Source: Actinomycetota bacterium (GTDB lineage Bacteria > Actinomycetota > Geothermincolia > Fen-727 > Anoxymicrobiaceae). From it: DNA of 64,000 nucleotides. A program made the translations under genes and the position numbers. Location of the stretch: the NCBI GenBank assembly GCA_043807425.1, contig JAZDFZ010000049.1:3611-67610 (forward strand), written 5' to 3'. Below the pieces are notes generated by a model that did no database searches, had not been told where the DNA came from, and was given only the letters and a program-made list of their open reading frames with translations. This document shows, one piece after another, positions 35,220 through 42,316 of this stretch (positions are counted from its first letter, which is position 1; each line of letters starts with the position of its first letter).

Positions 35220-36006
35220 CGGCCGCGGTGAACTCCACGTTCATGTGAGGCTCGTAGAAGGCGCAATCCGGGAGCAGCTGCCGCACCATTGCCCGGAACG
35301 GCTCCAGGTTGACCGTGCGGCTTATCGGCGGGTAGAAGTCGTCGTGATGCTGCGGGACGACGGCGCGTGGCCGCACGTCGGCGGTGAGCTCGGCCGCCCT
35401 CCGGCAGATATAGCTGTGCCCCTGCAGCGTCGGTATGAAGATGTCCGCGCCCCGGATGTCGGATACCAGCGGATCGCCGGCCTTCAGACCGAGGCTCCCC
35501 GCGTGCACTACGCGAAAGCCGTCGAAGTCGAAGGTGAAGACGAGCACAGGGCCCGCCGGCCAGCCTCGCACCTCGGGCAGCAGCCTGGGGAGCTCCCGCA
35601 GAGCCCTGGGGAGGGTGCGGGCCACCAGCGGGAGGTCGAAACGGATGTGAGGGGTCGGGGTCGTCGAGACCTCCATGCCGTCCAGGACTGTGCGCTCCTG
35701 CCCTGAGAGCACCGTCACCTGGTTGGAGGGCACACCCTTCTTGTGCAGAGTGGCCGCGGCGACGGAGGAGCAGAACACGCGCGCGCCGGAAAGCCCGGCT
35801 ATCTCCGGCACGTCGGCCAGGTGATCGAAATGCCCGTGGGAGATGAAGATGTACCGGGCGTCGGAGAGGTCGGCCGGAGAGAGGTCGAGGACCGGTCTCG
35901 ACTCAGCGTTCCTGGACAGGAATGGGTCGATCAGGAAGACCTCCCCGCCGTGCTCCACCCGGAACCCGGCGGTCCCCAGCCACCTGAAACTGATATCCGG
36001 TGTCAT
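35194..36006 (-). CDS. MBL-fold metallo-hydrolase
   Basis: FISHGHFDHLADV metal motif. ATG 36006 preceded by GGAGGGG. Confidence 0.8.
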   Translation of the reverse strand: MTPDISFRWLGTAGFRVEHGGEVFLIDPFLSRNAESRPVLDLSPADLSDARYIFISHGHFDHLADVPEIAGLSGARVFCSSVAAATLHKKGVPSNQVTVLSGQERTVLDGMEVSTTPTPHIRFDLPLVARTLPRALRELPRLLPEVRGWPAGPVLVFTFDFDGFRVVHAGSLGLKAGDPLVSDIRGADIFIPTLQGHSYICRRAAELTADVRPRAVVPQHHDDFYPPISRTVNLEPFRAMVRQLLPDCAFYEPHMNVEFTAADALAGDSR

Positions 36007-36218
36007 CGCCCCTCCGTTCCGGTTGTCTTCAGGCCCGATTCTACCACCCGGCCGGGCAACCGTCGCTGAAGAGTAGACAGCACCTCCTTCCCCTTGATAG
36101 CATGTCTTAGCAAACGGCAACAGCGGTGACGTTGACAACGCGACAGCCGATGGCCTGCGAGGAGACGGGTCTGTAAACCTTGTGTCTATTGCAGGTTTGG
36201 GGGGCGGTGTATTGAGCG

Positions 36219-39200
36219 GTGGCAGGCGGACCTGATCTGCTTCCAGCCCGGGGAATGACCCAGCCTAGAACCCGACGGGGGGGGGCCCTAGCCCACGTCT
36301 GCGCTTCCTTCATCGTCATGTTCGTTTGCACGTCCACGTTCATCACCCCAGCGAGCCTGAACGCGGCTGATAACAACTGGAAGTGGGATTTCGATAATCC
36401 ATCGGACTACTCGTTCAACGCCGATTACATTGATGTCACTGGTGCCACTGCGCGTCTAAAAGCATTCCCGCTCGAGGAAGGATGGTGGCAGGGCTACTCT
36501 CCCGCTCAGAACCCTGACGATCTTGGCATCACCGGAGGATCCAGCCTCACCCTCGACCCAAGCGGAAATGCGATCCTTATCGCCAGCGTCAAGGATGATG
36601 GTGACGATCCGTATGACGCGTGGGTCGAGAAGCGACGCGGGTCCGACGGGGCGATTCTCTGGACATCCCGCGAGGATATCGGCGGCTGGGGCCTAGATAA
36701 CAAATGTCAGGCAGTCATCTGCACAACCGGCGGAAGGGTTATCACCGCGGGATACAGTGAGAAACCCGCCGCCGCCGGTACTGAGCTGTGGATCCGTCGG
36801 CAGGATACCACAGGACTGAACCCCATTACTGTTGAGTTCGACCTGCTGAAGCATGTCCAGTGTGCAAGCCTCACATGCGACAAGGCGGGCAACATCCTTG
36901 CGTGCGGCACCACGGTCGACGACCCGAGCCCCTTCGGCACCGAAAAGATGAAGGCCTGGGTGATGAAGCTCGATTCAAATCTGGTCCAGATCTGGCAGCG
37001 TATCTACGCCTATACGGACCCCGGAGCTGACACGTTCGCCCTCTCGATCTCAGCGGATTCGAGCAACAGCCCGGTTGTCGCAGGCTACGTGGCGTACGGT
37101 AGGCCCTACCCGATCAGCACCGACATCTGGGTGAGGAAATATACTACCGGCGGCGATCCTGTATGGGCTGCTGATACGACCATCAGCGTTGATGCCTTCG
37201 ACATGGCGATCTCCGTCGACTGTTGGGACAGGTCGCCGAGTGGGATGACTTCTGACAATCGGATCTTCGTCGGAGGTCTCACGGGACACATGGATGGTTC
37301 GGACCTCATTGGTGAGGCGTTCTATGCTCGGCTGGACCAGAACGGCACCGTTTCGTGGCAACATACCCACACCTCCGCTGGCTACGAGGAAGGGCGGAGC
37401 TTCGTTGCCGCCGATTACAGAGGAGACCTGTCTGTGGCGGCGCAGCACGAGGACGCCGATAGACTGCTCTTCGGCTGGGTCGCGAAATGCGACGGGCAGG
37501 ACGGCTCTACCCGGTTCGAGAACACCCATGCGCTCTCACCGAGCCCCCGCTCGGCCTACTGGACGGCCTTCAGTGTCTCGGATCCGGCTCAACCCCTGGA
37601 ACTCGAGGACGTCGCTTTCGCTTTCACCGGGTCGTCGATTGAAGGCGAGATAACGGTGAGGAAGTACCCGATGACTAAGTACTCCTCGCTCTCCCCCGCG
37701 ATTTCCACGAGCAAGCGTCCGCTCGATACTAGCGAACAGGCTCCTACCAACTTCTCGATGGCATTCGGGGCCGGCAATCATGGAACGGTACTCTTTCAGC
37801 TTTCCAACAACCTGAGCACCTGGTACTGGCACAACGGGTCGGCCTGGAAGTCCACGAACTGGGCTGGAGGTCCCATTTGGGATGCATGCCAAGCCAACAC
37901 CGTCGCCGAGATTGACACGAACATCTCCACGTTCGACACGGGCACGAACAAGGCCCTTTACGTCAGAGTGTTCCTGAGGGGTGATGGAGATCAGCAGGTC
38001 GTCCTGGACTGGATATCCTGCGACAGTAGGCCCGCGGAGGAGTGCCACACATGGTACTTCGCCGATGGCTCAACCGCCTGGGGCTTTGACGAGTACGTAG
38101 CGGTCATGAACCCGAACAAACGTCCGGCCCTTGTCGAGATCACTTACATGCTTCCCAATGGCGATTCGGACAACCTGCTTGCCCGCGAGACCGCAGCTCC
38201 GTGGCTGTACCCTGACAAGAAGCTATGGGTGGATCCCTATTCCAGGGCAACTGTCCATGTGGACCACTTGTTAGATGATGTCGATCTGTCACTCAGACTG
38301 GAAGCCAGAGGCGAGGACGAGCAGCACGTAGGCGTGGTCGCCGAACGAACCTTGATTAAGACCGTGGGAGGTGTGCCGCTTCAATGCGGCTCAGTAGGCG
38401 CTGGCACGACCCGTCCTTCCAACACCTGGTATTTCGCGGAGGGGACGATCCGCGACGGCTTCGAGACCTACTTCTGCATCCAGAACCCGGAAACCACCAA
38501 TGCGAATGTGACTCTGGACTTCATGAAGGGAGATGGGGGCTCGGTCAGCTATACACTTGATGTTCCTGCCAATTCAAGAAAGACGGTGAATGCTAGGACT
38601 GACGTATCACTCTCACCGGGTTCCGAGGTCGCCAGGGACTTCTCATGCGAGGTGAGCTCCACCTCCGGCATCATCGTCGAGCGCTCCATGTCGGCAAACG
38701 ACTGGCAGGCCTTCGACGGCACTCTCGGCACAACTGCCCCGGCTACGACCTGGCACTTCGCTGAGGGTTGCACGAACTATGGTTTTGAGACCTTTCTGTT
38801 AGTGCAGAATCCAGGCGACGCCGAAGCAGCCGGCATAGCAACCTTCTTCTGGAGCGAACCTGATCCCAATGATCCTTGCGCTCCCAGGGTGCCCAAGGAG
38901 TATGCTCAGCCTTTCTTGGTAGCACCTAGAAGTAGGGTGACCATTGTACCAGCTCAATTCATCGGCCCTCAGGAATTCTCCTCGAGGTTGGATTTGAGCC
39001 TTCCCGTGGTCTGCGAGCGCTCCATGTACTGGAACTCGAGGCGCGGACTCCACGCCGCCAGCGGGATCGCGCAGGCGAGACCCTACGTCTACTTCGCTGA
39101 AGGTTCCACTGCCAAGATGAACGGCTTCGAAGAGTACCTCTGCATCCAGAACCCGAACGGCGTAGACATAAAGGTCACAATCACAGCCCTGACCCCGTGC

Positions 39201-39458
39201 GGCCCGGGCGGGTTTCTCGAGTTCACGGTTAGAAAGAACACGAGAACCACCATCGATATTTTCAATGTCGTCAAGGACAAGGAGAACTCGCTGGAGGTCT
39301 ACTGCTCCGATGTAGTCGCCTACGAGTTCATCGCCGAGAGGTCGCTCTACTGGCGGGACGAGACCGGGGCCAAACGGGGTGGAGGAGTGACAACGGGTTA
39401 CCGGTCGCTCCCACGGATCGGAGACATGCCGGAACTGTCATGGAAACCACCGAAATGA
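36219..39458 (+). CDS. secreted giant protein 1: signal peptide, beta-propeller-like repeats, middle domain, four WxFAEG/xNP/ER-MY modules
   Basis: 1079 aa. Hydrophobic N-terminus ALAHVCASFIVMFVCTSTFITPASLNA. Recurring A/GGY...W motifs (VITAGYS, PVVAGYV, IFVGGLTG). Modules begin at residues ~611, 735, 843 and 956. Start could be ATG 36255. Confidence 0.8.
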   Translation: MAGGPDLLPARGMTQPRTRRGGALAHVCASFIVMFVCTSTFITPASLNAADNNWKWDFDNPSDYSFNADYIDVTGATARLKAFPLEEGWWQGYSPAQNPDDLGITGGSSLTLDPSGNAILIASVKDDGDDPYDAWVEKRRGSDGAILWTSREDIGGWGLDNKCQAVICTTGGRVITAGYSEKPAAAGTELWIRRQDTTGLNPITVEFDLLKHVQCASLTCDKAGNILACGTTVDDPSPFGTEKMKAWVMKLDSNLVQIWQRIYAYTDPGADTFALSISADSSNSPVVAGYVAYGRPYPISTDIWVRKYTTGGDPVWAADTTISVDAFDMAISVDCWDRSPSGMTSDNRIFVGGLTGHMDGSDLIGEAFYARLDQNGTVSWQHTHTSAGYEEGRSFVAADYRGDLSVAAQHEDADRLLFGWVAKCDGQDGSTRFENTHALSPSPRSAYWTAFSVSDPAQPLELEDVAFAFTGSSIEGEITVRKYPMTKYSSLSPAISTSKRPLDTSEQAPTNFSMAFGAGNHGTVLFQLSNNLSTWYWHNGSAWKSTNWAGGPIWDACQANTVAEIDTNISTFDTGTNKALYVRVFLRGDGDQQVVLDWISCDSRPAEECHTWYFADGSTAWGFDEYVAVMNPNKRPALVEITYMLPNGDSDNLLARETAAPWLYPDKKLWVDPYSRATVHVDHLLDDVDLSLRLEARGEDEQHVGVVAERTLIKTVGGVPLQCGSVGAGTTRPSNTWYFAEGTIRDGFETYFCIQNPETTNANVTLDFMKGDGGSVSYTLDVPANSRKTVNARTDVSLSPGSEVARDFSCEVSSTSGIIVERSMSANDWQAFDGTLGTTAPATTWHFAEGCTNYGFETFLLVQNPGDAEAAGIATFFWSEPDPNDPCAPRVPKEYAQPFLVAPRSRVTIVPAQFIGPQEFSSRLDLSLPVVCERSMYWNSRRGLHAASGIAQARPYVYFAEGSTAKMNGFEEYLCIQNPNGVDIKVTITALTPCGPGGFLEFTVRKNTRTTIDIFNVVKDKENSLEVYCSDVVAYEFIAERSLYWRDETGAKRGGGVTTGYRSLPRIGDMPELSWKPPK
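38049..39400 (+). repeat. four tandem coding modules in protein 1
   Basis: TWYFADG..VMNP..VAERTL; TWYFAEG..IQNP..IVERSM; TWHFAEG..VQNP..VCERSMYW; YVYFAEG..IQNP..IAERSLYW. Confidence 0.85.
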
Positions 39459-42316
39459 TCAGGGGCGCCTCAGGCGATTATCGCGGACGCCGCTCGTCTA
39501 AACTAGCGGTCGTCCCGGCGGTCCTGCTGGCGGCTCTGTTGCTCATTCCTGCCGGTCAAGTAGGGGGAGCCGACGCAGGGGTCGATGCGAATACGAAGAT
39601 CCTGGGCATACAAGTGCACTCGTCGAACTCTCCTACCTGGAAGGAAGGTGGTGCCACAAAGTACCAGTTCAGTCCTGTGCCCGAGGTATACCAAAGCAAG
39701 TTTGAAGGTGTGTGTGTATACGTCCCGTGGTATGAATTCGAGATCGGTGAGGGTCTATACAACATCGACAAGTACAAGCAGATCTTCGAGGATATCAAGG
39801 CCGCGGGAATTAAGCATGTAAAGGTGTGCTTCTGTCATTTCCTACCGGGTCATGTTCGCAATGCAATCCATAGGAGGTTCGAGAAAGGTGAACGTACGTA
39901 TACAGGCGACTATGCTGAAGCATGGGAGCCATGGGTCGCTTCCTGGGCAAACAGAGATCCTGACAATGCAAGCGGGTTAACGTCGATGCATGATTTCACA
40001 AACTGGTGGTCCACTCAGTTATTCACGGGCACTGGCTCTGACTTCAAGCAGATGAGGACCGCAGGAGATGCCTTCTATGGCTTTGCTGTCAATCTTGCGA
40101 TCCCTGAGTACAAGGCCATGGTCCGCGAGTTTGCCCGGAACTTCCGCCAGTATGTCGATGTCTGGGAACCATGGGATGAGCCGGGGTGGGGACTTAACAC
40201 ATGCGCTTCGGGAGTCAATATCTACTCGGATTCGGGCTCCATAAACTGGCCTAGAAAAGGATCTAATCTCTCGATAACACGCTTCTCCGGCTGGCCCACA
40301 CAGATGACCATCAAGGATTCCTGGGGCGAGAGAATAGTCCCGAGTGACTACGAGAAGGTCCACCTCGCATGCTACGAGGCCCTTGAGACCGCTTACAGTG
40401 GGAGCGGAAAGGAGCCTTACCTACTGACCTCATCCCTGGTCGGCGGGAACTCTTTGCTGGATAAGCCGTATACGGAATTCAATGGGAACCTGGTCGGATA
40501 CAACTGCAATGACACCACGCCATACACCACCCTTGCCGAGAGGGACGTCTCTGTGGTGGTCCGGTCGGACAGAGAGGTGATCTCCGAGCGACCTGTGTAC
40601 TTCAACTACAACGGATGGTGTCCGGGCGGCCACGTGACGGCGGGCACAACCTCTCCATCCAAGGACTGGTACTTCGCCGAAGGCAACACGCTTTCCAACT
40701 TCGACGAGTACATCACCGTATACAATCCCAGCTCCACCAAGGCCTCCCTGGCTCTCGACTACATGATCGAGGGTATCGGGCTGGTTCAGAGAGCAGAAAC
40801 GGTCAACGCTTACTCCAGGGCGACCTTCCGTGCAAAGGAGCATCTCAAGGACAACGCGGCTTATCTCGGGGGCAATGTCAGCTTGCACCTGCGCTCGAGT
40901 ACGCCCGTACTGGCCGAAAGACCGATGTACTTCGACTACTACGGTATCACCGGCGGGGACTGCGCCGTTGGAGCCAAGACCATCTCCAGTACTTCCTTCT
41001 TCGCCGAGGGCACCACCATGCCCGGCTTCGACGAATGGCTGTGCCTGCAGAACCCCAACGCGGAGGATATGGTCATAAATGCCACTTATATGATGGAAAA
41101 CCGAGATCCGGTATACCAGGAATACCTGGTACCACAGCACCAGCGGTACACCATCAAGGTCAATGATGTAGTAGGCCCATACGCTAACGTATCGGTTGCC
41201 CTCTCCTCCGACAAAGGCTTCGTTGCCGAGCGCCCCATGTACTTCCGGGCTTTCAGACCCGATGTCACCTACTCGGGAGGCCATGACATCGTCGGAGCTC
41301 CCTCTCCCAAGAAGACCTGGCACTTCGCCGAGGGCACCACTCGCAAGAACGAGGTAGATGGCTTCTTCGAGGAATGGCTCTGCCTGCAGAATCCCAATCC
41401 TGAAGAGGTAACGGTCAATGCAACCTATATGCTTGCGGGCAAGGAACCGATATTTGCGAGCTATCAGGTCCCGCCAAGCCAGAGGCTCACCATAGAGGTA
41501 AGCAACCCCGAGTTTATCGAGCAGGGAAACGACGTGTCGGTGTTGCTCTCGTGCGAATCCCCGTTCGTCGCCGAACGTCCCATGTACTTCAATGTCTCCG
41601 GTAAGACCCCCCCGAACGTATTCAATGGTGGCAGCGTTAGCATGGGAGGAGAGCCCAGCACCAAGACTTACTTCGCGGAGGGAAGGGTGTCGCCGGTGTT
41701 CGATGAGTGGATAACGATCGTGAATCCAAATGACGAAGAAGCCAAGGTCCATATTGATACCTACTACAGCACCATTAAAGGAAAGACCGCACACGTCAAG
41801 ATCCCCCCGAAGCAGAGATACACGCTTCTGCTCAACAAACTCCCTCCCGGTGCTTACGCATGGACGGACGCGGTATCTCTCCACCTGTTCGACATGCCTT
41901 CTCTCTGGCCCGGCATCTACCAGGGACTGAAGGACGAACTCCACAAGCGATTCATCGACAAAGAACTCGCGGTCTCTTCCTGCGGGTGGGGACACGGGAA
42001 ATCCGTCATGAGCGTCGAGGATGAGAATTACTACTACAACCCGGTTGAGGAAGGCGCGGAGGCTGAATATCCGCATTCCAGAGACGGACAGGCAAGGGCG
42101 GTACGTGACTGGATCAGGGCCTTGTTCGACCAGGGATGCAACAAGGTCTGGTTCTTCCAAGACATCGACCCCCGGAAGACAGAGGACAGATTCTTCGGGC
42201 TGTTCATGTACACAACACACGCCCCACTCACGGAATCCGCGATAGAGCCGACTGATGCGTGGTGGGAGTACGTGAAGTTGCAGGAGTGGTTGAAATCATC
42301 TGGGGGATCGGAATAA
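39455..42316 (+). CDS. secreted giant protein 2: signal/anchor, glycoside-hydrolase-like barrel halves flanking four modules
   Basis: ATG 39455 overlaps the protein-1 stop (ATGA). KLAVVPAVLLAALLLIPAG anchor. YVPWYEFEIGEGLYN..., VDVWEPWDEPGW, then the module array, then ...KVWFFQDID...FFGLFMY. Confidence 0.8.
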   Translation: MIRGASGDYRGRRSSKLAVVPAVLLAALLLIPAGQVGGADAGVDANTKILGIQVHSSNSPTWKEGGATKYQFSPVPEVYQSKFEGVCVYVPWYEFEIGEGLYNIDKYKQIFEDIKAAGIKHVKVCFCHFLPGHVRNAIHRRFEKGERTYTGDYAEAWEPWVASWANRDPDNASGLTSMHDFTNWWSTQLFTGTGSDFKQMRTAGDAFYGFAVNLAIPEYKAMVREFARNFRQYVDVWEPWDEPGWGLNTCASGVNIYSDSGSINWPRKGSNLSITRFSGWPTQMTIKDSWGERIVPSDYEKVHLACYEALETAYSGSGKEPYLLTSSLVGGNSLLDKPYTEFNGNLVGYNCNDTTPYTTLAERDVSVVVRSDREVISERPVYFNYNGWCPGGHVTAGTTSPSKDWYFAEGNTLSNFDEYITVYNPSSTKASLALDYMIEGIGLVQRAETVNAYSRATFRAKEHLKDNAAYLGGNVSLHLRSSTPVLAERPMYFDYYGITGGDCAVGAKTISSTSFFAEGTTMPGFDEWLCLQNPNAEDMVINATYMMENRDPVYQEYLVPQHQRYTIKVNDVVGPYANVSVALSSDKGFVAERPMYFRAFRPDVTYSGGHDIVGAPSPKKTWHFAEGTTRKNEVDGFFEEWLCLQNPNPEEVTVNATYMLAGKEPIFASYQVPPSQRLTIEVSNPEFIEQGNDVSVLLSCESPFVAERPMYFNVSGKTPPNVFNGGSVSMGGEPSTKTYFAEGRVSPVFDEWITIVNPNDEEAKVHIDTYYSTIKGKTAHVKIPPKQRYTLLLNKLPPGAYAWTDAVSLHLFDMPSLWPGIYQGLKDELHKRFIDKELAVSSCGWGHGKSVMSVEDENYYYNPVEEGAEAEYPHSRDGQARAVRDWIRALFDQGCNKVWFFQDIDPRKTEDRFFGLFMYTTHAPLTESAIEPTDAWWEYVKLQEWLKSSGGSE
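40502..41900 (+). repeat. one half-module plus four tandem coding modules in protein 2
   Basis: ...ISERPVYF; DWYFAEG..VYNP..LAERPMYF; TSFFAEG..LQNP..VAERPMYF; TWHFAEG..LQNP..VAERPMYF; KTYFAEG..IVNP.. (divergent end). Confidence 0.85.

Noticed and set aside
36132-36137. A TTGACA hexamer upstream of secreted-protein gene 1, considered as a -35 box.
   Set aside because: There is no acceptable -10 hexamer 16-19 bp downstream (the sequence there is CTGCGA), so it does not support a promoter call.
40430-42220. 596-aa minus-strand ORF inside the lower-GC secreted-protein gene 2. I gave it a second look because long antisense ORFs are less expected at lower GC.
   Set aside because: The sense frame carries the four conserved modules and the flanking motifs. 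The antisense translation has no repeats of its own logic, no ribosome-binding site and no recognisable domain. The repetitive sense codon pattern explains the lack of stops.
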